From a virus, in IMG/VR virus record IMGVR_UViG_2788500025_000001, positions 36,163 through 100,162 of that record: a DNA stretch of 64,000 nt; one strand, 5' to 3'. The notes under the pieces were generated by a model. It saw nothing but the letters and a program-made list of their open reading frames with translations, was not told the origin of the DNA and did not search any database. Numbering within the stretch: position 1 is the stretch's first letter; each line of letters opens with the position of its first letter. The position numbers and the translations under genes were made by a program. This document shows positions 9,800 to 17,612 of the stretch, piece after piece.

Positions 9800-10317
9800 A
9801 CTCGCACCTGCTTGCCTCGATTGAACACCCGTTCCAGAAGCGTCCCCTGATGCTCGATGGGGTTCCTGTTCCTCCAGATGCAGGGCCGTTCCTGATCACC
9901 GCCTCCCGCAAGTTGATGTGGGTGGAACGAGCATTCGGCACCGGGTTCCTACGCCTGGCCGTGCGGCAGCAGAAAACAGACGAGTTGTACCGTGACCTCG
10001 TCACCGAGATTGCCGAGGAGGGCGTCCGTCGAGAGTGGGGGAACGTCCAACCTCCGACTGCGGAGGGTGTCCTGGAAGGGATGAACCACCTCCACTACTA
10101 CGACCTCCCCGACGCCACGCTGTTGTATGGGTCGGAGTTTGACATCGGCATCGCCCCTGACATGGCGCGTGCCCCGGCGGACTGGCTTCCCCCTTCGTGG
10201 GCGGTACTTGTCCCTGACCGATCCTATGTGGGGACCGTCTACCTGTTTGGGGACGGCTACCTGGGTGCTGTCGTACACAACCCATCCCGAGGCGTTGTCG
10301 TACTGCGGGGGGTCTGA
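9796..10317 (+). CDS. Hypothetical protein
   Basis: ATGA overlap with the previous gene. Confidence 0.65.
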   Translation: MNSHLLASIEHPFQKRPLMLDGVPVPPDAGPFLITASRKLMWVERAFGTGFLRLAVRQQKTDELYRDLVTEIAEEGVRREWGNVQPPTAEGVLEGMNHLHYYDLPDATLLYGSEFDIGIAPDMARAPADWLPPSWAVLVPDRSYVGTVYLFGDGYLGAVVHNPSRGVVVLRGV

Positions 10318-10344
10318 TCCCTCCGTGAACGGGTAAGCCACTCC

Positions 10345-11067
10345 ATGCGAGAGTGGTTGACCAACGCCCTACTGGACTCAGCCGAGTCTGTCCCCGAAGA
10401 AGCCGAAGGCCACGTCCTCGGACGGGGGTTGCCGTACCGGCTCATGGAGGAGATGCGTGTAGGCACCTGGCGCTGGCCGGAAGCCCCGTGTCCAGACGAC
10501 ACCTTCGTCAAGCGTCATGGCGACAAAGGCTTCCAGGTAGATGGCTGGCTCTCGATCCCCTTGTGGTCACCACGAGGTCGGATCGTCGGTGCCGAGTTCC
10601 GCCGCTGGGACGGCGAGAAGTCGGTGTCGAAGTACTTCCTCCCCGACACGTCCTGGTCCCCGGTGTTCGCTGGCATGACCCCATCGACGCTCAACCGCAT
10701 CTGGAAGGGTGGGGACATCTGGCTCGTCGAGGGGGTGTTTGATCTCGCCTTGACCCATGCGGTGCCTCGGAAGGACGTGGTGCTCTCGTGTGGGGGTGCC
10801 AAGATCACGCCCAACCAGGTGGCCTTCATCCGCCGGTTCCTTGATCCTCGTGCGATGGTCCACGTCGCCTTCGACATGGACGAGACTGGTCGCAAGATGG
10901 CTCTCGGCTACCAGCACCCGGACACTGGACGACGGGTCTGGGGAGTGGTGGAGCGCCTGGAGCGTGAGGGCGTCCGTTGCCGCGATGTGCAGTACCGTGG
11001 CAAGGACCCTGGAGCCATCTGGGAAGCAGGAGGATCTCCGGGTCTGTGTCGTGCCTTCCGTCTTTAG
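10345..11067 (+). CDS. DnaG-like primase, TOPRIM core without Zn-binding domain
   Basis: IWLVEGVFD and VAFDMDETG TOPRIM motifs; KDP near C-terminus. Confidence 0.85.
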   Translation: MREWLTNALLDSAESVPEEAEGHVLGRGLPYRLMEEMRVGTWRWPEAPCPDDTFVKRHGDKGFQVDGWLSIPLWSPRGRIVGAEFRRWDGEKSVSKYFLPDTSWSPVFAGMTPSTLNRIWKGGDIWLVEGVFDLALTHAVPRKDVVLSCGGAKITPNQVAFIRRFLDPRAMVHVAFDMDETGRKMALGYQHPDTGRRVWGVVERLEREGVRCRDVQYRGKDPGAIWEAGGSPGLCRAFRL

Positions 11068-11133
11068 GGGGGTCAGGACTGGCTGCTGACGGGTAAGGAT
11101 GGGGGACTGAGAACACCTACACAGGAGGGCCAC

Positions 11134-11604
11134 ATGGCCGTAGACATCTGGAAAGCCAACGACGACGTTCACGACAAGATCAAGGAACTGATCGGACAGA
11201 ACCACCCTGACCTGGCCTTGATCTCCGACGAGATCGTCATCGTCTTCCGCGAGAAGGCAGGCAAGAGCGGAGGGCAGGTTGTCCTCGGCAACAGCAAGAA
11301 GGTGGCCGCGCTCGCCAACGCCATCGGCAACACGGACTTCAAGTTCGTCATCGAGATCGCCGCCGACCAGTGGGAGCACGAGTTGACCTCCCGCCAGCAG
11401 GAGGCCCTTCTGGATCACCTGCTCACCGCGTGCCGGTGCGACGAGGATCCCAAGTCCGGTGAGTTCAAGTGTACGGTCGCCAAGCCGGACATCATGGCCT
11501 TCCGCGAGAACGTGGAACGGTATGGCATGTGGTTCCCGGTCGAGGCGAAGGAAGACGAAGGTCCGTCGCCTGTCGAGGAGATGTTTGGCGTAGATACTGA
11601 GTGA
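11134..11604 (+). CDS. Putative phage metallopeptidase-family protein with degenerate HExxH
   Basis: ALLDHLLTAC..PDIMAFRENVERYGMW pattern recalled from this family. Confidence 0.6.
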   Translation: MAVDIWKANDDVHDKIKELIGQNHPDLALISDEIVIVFREKAGKSGGQVVLGNSKKVAALANAIGNTDFKFVIEIAADQWEHELTSRQQEALLDHLLTACRCDEDPKSGEFKCTVAKPDIMAFRENVERYGMWFPVEAKEDEGPSPVEEMFGVDTE

Positions 11605-11633
11605 TCAACACCGTCTGACGGTCTGGAGGGCGT

Positions 11634-13070
11634 GTGGCTCTTGATACGAAATACCGCCCCCGGACCTACGGGGATGTGCTCGGGCAGCAGGCCACGGTGT
11701 CTGTGCTCAAGCAGTTTGTGGTCGAGGGCCGGGGGTATCACCAGTCCTACGTCTTCTGTGGTCAGCACGGCTCAGGAAAGACCACGTTGGGGCGCATCCT
11801 TGCCCGTGCGTTGCTGTGCGAGGCTCCGGTTGAGGGGTCTCCCTGCGACGAGTGTTCGTCGTGCCGCACCCTGCTGGATGGGCACACACACGAGTGCTTT
11901 GTGGAACTCGACGCGGCAACGAAGTCGGGGAAACCCGACCTCGCCCGTATCCTGGAGGACATGCAGTACTCCACAGTGAGCGGCAAACGCCGCATCTACC
12001 TGTTCGATGAATCCCACCGTCTGTCGAAGCAGGCTCTGGACGCGCTCCTCAAGCCTATGGAAGACAACTCGCCGGGGTCGGAGGACAAGCGGCTCGTCTG
12101 TATCTTCTGCACCACCGAGCCTGAAAAGATGGTGGGGACGATCTTTAGCCGATGTGCGCCAGCGTTCGTGATCCGCTCTGCCCCGCAGGGTGAGATTGTG
12201 GAGAGGTTGAACGAGATCTGCGGCCAGGAGGGCATCGAAGCCGAAGCCGACGCTCTCGATCTCATTGTCGAGCAGTCTGAATCCCATATCCGGGACGCCT
12301 TGAAGATGGTTGAGGGTGTGTCGATGCTGGGCGCGATCACCAGCAAGACCGTCGCCTCCTACCTCCACCTCGACGCCAACGATGGGGTGTTGGATCTCCT
12401 GGAGGCTCTCGGTAAGGACCTGGCCACAGCAGTTGCACGAGCGACAGACCTGTCGATGGCCCTCAGCCCGTCCGCCGCCTACGAGCGGATGGCGGAAGCG
12501 TCCATGCTTGCCTACAAGGTCCACCTCGGTGTGGTCAAACGCATCCCGGCGAAGTGGGACACAGAAAGAACTCAGGCTTTGTCTTCACAGGGTCCGGCGT
12601 GGTTGAATGTGGCGACTCGTTTCGCGGCTCCCCCTCACCGCCCCACGAGGCAAACCCTTGTGCTGGATGTAGCCTCCGCGCATCACTTGTTTGGAGACTT
12701 GAGTGCGGTTGTTCAAGGGCACCCGGTTGTGGTCACCTCCCCACCTCCCTCAGAAGGGGTCGGCAAAGCCAGGATCAGGGAATCTCCAGCAACGTCAACA
12801 CCTTCACCTGCACCGGTGGGTAATGTCGGACATGCTTCCGACGATCCTTCAGCACATCTCACCACCACCAACGTCTGGGTTGACCCCAGGGCTGTCGGCG
12901 GTGGACCCTCAGATCGCGCTGATCCCTCACCCAACCCCGCTGCCACAGAGTCGCACGTCCTCAATCCGAACGTCTTCCGTGAGTTGGTCCAGCATCATTT
13001 ACGGGGGTTGAGGCGTGGACGAAAGGGATCAAGTCACATGGGTGGTACTGGAACTGAGCCACCACGGTGA
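11634..13070 (+). CDS. dnaX: DNA polymerase III gamma/tau clamp-loader subunit
   Basis: KYRPRTYGDVLGQ, GQHGSGKTT, CDECSSC Zn motif, IYLFDESH, SRC, IRDAL. Confidence 0.92.
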   Translation: MALDTKYRPRTYGDVLGQQATVSVLKQFVVEGRGYHQSYVFCGQHGSGKTTLGRILARALLCEAPVEGSPCDECSSCRTLLDGHTHECFVELDAATKSGKPDLARILEDMQYSTVSGKRRIYLFDESHRLSKQALDALLKPMEDNSPGSEDKRLVCIFCTTEPEKMVGTIFSRCAPAFVIRSAPQGEIVERLNEICGQEGIEAEADALDLIVEQSESHIRDALKMVEGVSMLGAITSKTVASYLHLDANDGVLDLLEALGKDLATAVARATDLSMALSPSAAYERMAEASMLAYKVHLGVVKRIPAKWDTERTQALSSQGPAWLNVATRFAAPPHRPTRQTLVLDVASAHHLFGDLSAVVQGHPVVVTSPPPSEGVGKARIRESPATSTPSPAPVGNVGHASDDPSAHLTTTNVWVDPRAVGGGPSDRADPSPNPAATESHVLNPNVFRELVQHHLRGLRRGRKGSSHMGGTGTEPPR

Positions 13071-13554
13071 ACGCGCCGCTGAGGAGGGGATCCTCGCAGA
13101 AATCCTCCGTGATCACGCGGACCTGGACCATGACCACCCCGTCTTCGTCCCATACCTCACCTACACCCACCAGGGAAAGACCACCCTTCTCTCAGTGATG
13201 GAGGGGTACGTTTTTCTCGCGTCGGGGTTCGACGACCAGAGCCGCTCCGACCTCTCACGCTCCCCCTACATCACGAAGATCCTGTGTCGCGGGAGCGATC
13301 CTCACGCCGCCTGTGAGACCGTATCCCAGGCTTCAGTGGACCAGTTGCGCCAGCGAATGCGTGAACTGGTCGCCGTCGAAATACAGGAGGGGATGGAGGT
13401 TCGTATCGTTGACGGGACCCTCAGTGGTATAAGGGGATCCGTTGTGGGTGTGTCCGGGGGACACGCGACCCTACTGGTCCAGATGCGCTCCATCCAGGCC
13501 ATTCAATATCTTCCGTGCTTCCTATTACGCCCTGTGAGTGACGAAGATGAGTAA
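13015..13554 (+). CDS. NusG/RfaH-like transcription factor
   Basis: NGN-like VFVP..MEGYVFL; KOW IQEGMEVRIVDGTLSGIRGSV. Confidence 0.8.
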   Translation: MDERDQVTWVVLELSHHGERAAEEGILAEILRDHADLDHDHPVFVPYLTYTHQGKTTLLSVMEGYVFLASGFDDQSRSDLSRSPYITKILCRGSDPHAACETVSQASVDQLRQRMRELVAVEIQEGMEVRIVDGTLSGIRGSVVGVSGGHATLLVQMRSIQAIQYLPCFLLRPVSDEDE

Positions 13555-14173
13555 CTATTGGTGCAGCCACATTGTCTTAGACCCCTCGGACATCGAGAGG
13601 ATGTTTTCCAACGAGGATGGCCTTTCCTCGTTCCCCAGCACGACCGAAGAACTCTCCGACGAGAGCAAGGTCGAACTGGATCTGGTCAAGAGTGTGCTGG
13701 ACCAGATCCCACCCCGCGAAGCCGACTTCGTGGAGTTGTACTTCTTCCAGCGGATTCGACAGACTACCATCGCCTCGCTGTTCAACATCAGCCAGCCGAC
13801 CGTCTGCTACCGTCTACAACGGGCCGCATCCCGAATCCGTTACCTCCTCGACATGCCTACCCACGATGCGTGGCTCATGGAACAGGACCTCCGAGGGGTG
13901 CTCACGGACCCGAAGGACATCCAGATCATGATGGGCATGGTCGCCACGACCTGCCAGAGCGAGGTCGCCAAAGAACTCGGGGTCACACAAGGCTTCGTGC
14001 GGCACAGGTACTTCCGCACCATCGAACGCCTCAAGAAGATGCGGGGGATGGAGCAGTACGTCCGGGTCTTTGAGCACGTCGCTGCGAACCTGAACATCCT
14101 CAAAGAGACCCACCGTTCAAAGTGGGCCGAGCCGGTGATCTACGTCGTCGCGGAGACCCCAGCCCAGGCGTGA
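13547..14173 (+). CDS. Tandem sigma70 region-4-like HTH protein
   Basis: LDQIPPREADFVELYFFQRIRQTTIASLFNISQPTV and CQSEVAKELGVTQGFV. Confidence 0.75.
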   Translation: MSNYWCSHIVLDPSDIERMFSNEDGLSSFPSTTEELSDESKVELDLVKSVLDQIPPREADFVELYFFQRIRQTTIASLFNISQPTVCYRLQRAASRIRYLLDMPTHDAWLMEQDLRGVLTDPKDIQIMMGMVATTCQSEVAKELGVTQGFVRHRYFRTIERLKKMRGMEQYVRVFEHVAANLNILKETHRSKWAEPVIYVVAETPAQA

Positions 14174-14175
14174 GT

Positions 14176-14190
14176 CGGTAGTCGCTCTAT
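14176..14190 (+). promoter_or_regulatory. Late motif CGGTAG-N5-CTAT
   Basis: Exact match; upstream of 14223. Confidence 0.85.
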
Positions 14191-14222
14191 TGGGGAGGAC
14201 TGGTAGTCCTGGAGTGACCGGC

Positions 14223-14540
14223 ATGAGAGATAAGACCCCATCAGTCCGTCGCGTTTTGATGGCGAAGCGCGTGGCCCGCAACTGGCTTCAGGACCACGCC
14301 GAGCCAGAGTACCGGTTGACTGTTTACCGGGGGGCCTCCCGAGAGTCGCGCAACCTGCCCGGCCTGCTCCGGTCCTTCCGGGACGGCAGGATCAAGTTTG
14401 GCAACACCGACCGTGTGCCTGACCTGGGCATCAAGGTGGCTTTCGACTCCATCACAGTCTGGTCGAAAGACAAGAGCCGCCTGCAAGGTCTGGAGGCAGC
14501 CCTTCAGAAGATGGGCTGCGAGACCACGGGAGTTTTCTGA
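14223..14540 (+). CDS. Hypothetical late protein (KRVARNW leader)
   Basis: Follows the motif; carries the RVA motif. Confidence 0.7.
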   Translation: MRDKTPSVRRVLMAKRVARNWLQDHAEPEYRLTVYRGASRESRNLPGLLRSFRDGRIKFGNTDRVPDLGIKVAFDSITVWSKDKSRLQGLEAALQKMGCETTGVF

Positions 14541-14968
14541 TGGCCGCCTCCCTCGCCCAGTCCGAGTTCGTCTACAGGTCGGGCACGAGCCCCGACATCT
14601 ACACGTTCACCATCACTTCCGATTCCCAGGGGAACCTGTCGGTGCGGGACATCGAAGACCCTTATGGGTTCGTGATCTCGCCGTACACCCAGATCCCCCA
14701 GAGCGTGACCGCCGACATCTCGTCCGCCATGTCAGCAGTGGAGACTATTTTGGCACTCACATCAGCCGTCAACGGCACCCTGACCTTCACCGCTGAAACA
14801 TCGAAGTCCGTGACCTTCGCCGAGGCGTTTGCCGACACCTCGTACCGGGTCCAGACGACCTCCGACATCTTTGCCCCCTTCCGTATCACAAACAAGACCG
14901 TCCTGGGGTTCACCATCCAGGCTGGTGCTACCGTCACAGCGAACGTCGGGTACGACGTCTTCGTGTGA
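14540..14968 (+). CDS. Putative structural protein; C-terminus paralogous to ORF 41032
   Basis: Beta-rich; NKTVLGFTIQ..VGYDV versus NKTATEFRIE..VGYSI. Confidence 0.65.
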   Translation: MAASLAQSEFVYRSGTSPDIYTFTITSDSQGNLSVRDIEDPYGFVISPYTQIPQSVTADISSAMSAVETILALTSAVNGTLTFTAETSKSVTFAEAFADTSYRVQTTSDIFAPFRITNKTVLGFTIQAGATVTANVGYDVFV

Positions 14969-14972
14969 TCCA

Positions 14973-14987
14973 CGGTAGCGAGCCTAT
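14973..14987 (+). promoter_or_regulatory. Late motif CGGTAG-N5-CTAT
   Basis: Exact match; upstream of 15016. Confidence 0.85.
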
Positions 14988-15015
14988 GCCCCCGTGGGGG
15001 TGACTGGAGATTTCA

Positions 15016-15864
15016 ATGACCACACTCCCCATCGAACGATTCGCATCCGAGCGCGAGGCCGAGAAGTTTGAAGCCGAGGCCGAAGCCGCCAACGCGCAGG
15101 CCGAAGCCGACCGCCAGAAGGCCGACGCCTCCCGCTTGAAGGAAGGAGCCGGTGGCCTCTACGGCTACACGAAGGGCACCCAGCGGGACGTGGAAGCGTC
15201 TGTCCGCAAGGCACAGCGCCGGGCCGCCTCCGTCGCGAAGGCTCTCTACGCGAAGGACGAGCGGAGCGTGGACTTCTTGAAGGCACATGTGAAGCGGGCC
15301 AACAGCAAGACTGCCCGCCTGATCCTGGCTGCCATGAAGAACCTCGGACCCCGCGTGGCATCCGAGATGCTTCCCAGCGAGCGTCACGTCGCCCGAGTGG
15401 CTGCCGAGGAGAAGGTCGCTGGTGGCCTCTACGGCTACCCTACGAAGACCGCCCGGCTCGCCCTGGTCGCTTGCTCCGATCTCCGTGCCTACGTTGGGGA
15501 GGTTGCCTACAACCTCCACAGCCGCCGCACCGCGAAGTACGCGAAGATGACCGGCTTCCTCAAGGAGCACGGCAAGACCGCCAAGTGCGCTTACTCCCGC
15601 ATGATCCTGGACTGCTACCCCGACGCCCCGGTGTCGAAGGAAGCGAAGGAGAAGTACCCCTGGCCCGAGTGCATCAAGGACCAGGAGAAGGAGTACGGCA
15701 GCAAGGAGATCGCCGAGAAGGTCTGCGGCAAGATCAAGTCACAGTCCCAAGGCAAGAGCGCAGCGGACCAGATGCTCCGCAAGGCTTTTGTGCCTGACTC
15801 GGTGGATGCCTGGCTGGAGTGGGAGGACGGCACCCGCACGGCTGCCACTCGCCGCCGTGCTTGA
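15016..15864 (+). CDS. Hypothetical virion protein with duplicated GGLYGY module
   Basis: Two GGLYGY units, RVA and KTA/KSA motifs, CI..C mini-domain. Confidence 0.75.
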   Translation: MTTLPIERFASEREAEKFEAEAEAANAQAEADRQKADASRLKEGAGGLYGYTKGTQRDVEASVRKAQRRAASVAKALYAKDERSVDFLKAHVKRANSKTARLILAAMKNLGPRVASEMLPSERHVARVAAEEKVAGGLYGYPTKTARLALVACSDLRAYVGEVAYNLHSRRTAKYAKMTGFLKEHGKTAKCAYSRMILDCYPDAPVSKEAKEKYPWPECIKDQEKEYGSKEIAEKVCGKIKSQSQGKSAADQMLRKAFVPDSVDAWLEWEDGTRTAATRRRA

Positions 15865-15953
15865 CAGGATGGCGAGGAGCGGTCGCTCCCTCACACCCAT
15901 CCCCACCCCGAAGACATTGACGAGTGGAACCCCGTGATCAACCAGGACGACAC

Positions 15954-17612
15954 ATGAGCCAGAACACCACAGACAAGCAGGCGTACCTGAACGCCACTCC
16001 CATGCAGAGGGAAGTGGTGCGTCGGCTGCTGTGCGATGTGTTGGGGTGTCTCCGAGCGCAGTATCTCTCGTACCAGACGAGCCATTGGCAGGTCGTTGGG
16101 CAGTCCTTCTACGGCAACCACCTCCTTTTCAACCGGCTCTACGAGTCTGTCATGCTCCAGATCGACTCTCTCGCCGAGAAGTTGGTGGGCTACCTCGGAC
16201 GTGAGGTCGTTGATCTCAACCACCAGATGCGGCACATCACGGGCTACACGATGGCCTGGTCCCAGATCGACTGCCACCACAAGCGAGGCATCCGGTCAGA
16301 ACAGGACCTCCAGGCTGCACTCCGGCGAGCCTACGATGGGATCAAGCAGGCACAAGCCATGACCCTGGGCCTCGATGACTGGATCATGGCTACAGCCAAC
16401 GCTCACGAGGAGAACGAGTACCTCCTCCAGCAGGCGCTGACCCCAGTGCCCGGACAGAAGCAGGCTGGAACCTACGACCGCTACCCTTCCATCCGCGTAC
16501 CACGAGGATGGCGTCCTTCCGCAGACCAGAGCGAGGGTTGCACCGAAGAGTACATGGACGAAGTCTCTGAGGACTTCACCAAAACCTCCGAGACCTTCAT
16601 CAAGCGGGCGATTCTCCCAGCCCTCAAAAAGCGCGGCTGGGGCGCGGAGTCCCATGGGGTCACGGAACCTCTCTACTCGGAGGACGGGGCCACTGTGGAG
16701 GTAGAAGTCTGGGGGAGAGCCGGACAGAAGATCGGTCTCGGAGGTCGGAAGTACATCGTCCTTGACCGGGATGTGTCCAGGGTCGTCGAGATCATGATGA
16801 TCCCGAAGTTGGCGGACGAGACCTTTGAAGGGTCCGAGCAGTTCGACGTAGACGAGTTCGCTGAATGGTCATGGGAGGCAGAGTGCCCCACGGACGAGAT
16901 CCGCGCACTGGGGTACTCCGGTTCCGAGTTTGCTCCCACGCCCAAAGGGGTCGAGGAGTTGCTGGGAGCCTTTGATCGCGACTGGATTCGCTCCAGCCGG
17001 GTCCGCTCCAAGATCCAGAAGCGGGCCAAGTTCAACCCGAGCAAGCGGGAAGACCTCATTGGCTACTTCTTTGCCCTGCATGACCAACTGGAGCGGGAGT
17101 TCACCGCTACCCCAGACGAGATCAAGGGCATGTCCAATGCCTTGCTCCGTCGTCGGACCATGCAGATGGCCGAGCAACTGGCCGACTCGCATGTCAGGGG
17201 GATGACGGGTGAGGAGGCCGTGGAGGCTGCCAAACGCGCTGCTCCAAAAGCCTACCGCTGGATGCTGCGCGTATTGGGAGAGCGGAAGTTGGCATCGACC
17301 GATGAAGCCTACTTCTACAAGGCCCCCGACCAGCGTGCCGTCCTGGAGTTTGCTCGGAGCAACGCCATCTCCAACGATGTGGCCGTTGCAGAAGACGCAG
17401 CCAAAGAGGACCACCTGGACATTCCCGAATCCCAGGCCATCGCTGAAGCCGAAGAAGCCCCGCCGCTCCCCACGGAGATCGCGAAGGAGCCTGGCGGTGC
17501 AGCGGTGTCCACACTGAACCAGTACGTCATAAAGTCAGAAGACCCCGTGGCTGAGGAAGCCGTTCCCATGAACGAGTCCCGCATGGCAGCCTGGCTCCAG
17601 GAGTTGACCTGA
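15954..17612 (+). CDS. Dps/ferritin-like domain fused to unknown modules
   Basis: SHWQVVGQSFYGNHLLFNRLY..IDSLAEKL ferroxidase pattern, flanked by KQA sites. Confidence 0.8.
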   Translation: MSQNTTDKQAYLNATPMQREVVRRLLCDVLGCLRAQYLSYQTSHWQVVGQSFYGNHLLFNRLYESVMLQIDSLAEKLVGYLGREVVDLNHQMRHITGYTMAWSQIDCHHKRGIRSEQDLQAALRRAYDGIKQAQAMTLGLDDWIMATANAHEENEYLLQQALTPVPGQKQAGTYDRYPSIRVPRGWRPSADQSEGCTEEYMDEVSEDFTKTSETFIKRAILPALKKRGWGAESHGVTEPLYSEDGATVEVEVWGRAGQKIGLGGRKYIVLDRDVSRVVEIMMIPKLADETFEGSEQFDVDEFAEWSWEAECPTDEIRALGYSGSEFAPTPKGVEELLGAFDRDWIRSSRVRSKIQKRAKFNPSKREDLIGYFFALHDQLEREFTATPDEIKGMSNALLRRRTMQMAEQLADSHVRGMTGEEAVEAAKRAAPKAYRWMLRVLGERKLASTDEAYFYKAPDQRAVLEFARSNAISNDVAVAEDAAKEDHLDIPESQAIAEAEEAPPLPTEIAKEPGGAAVSTLNQYVIKSEDPVAEEAVPMNESRMAAWLQELT

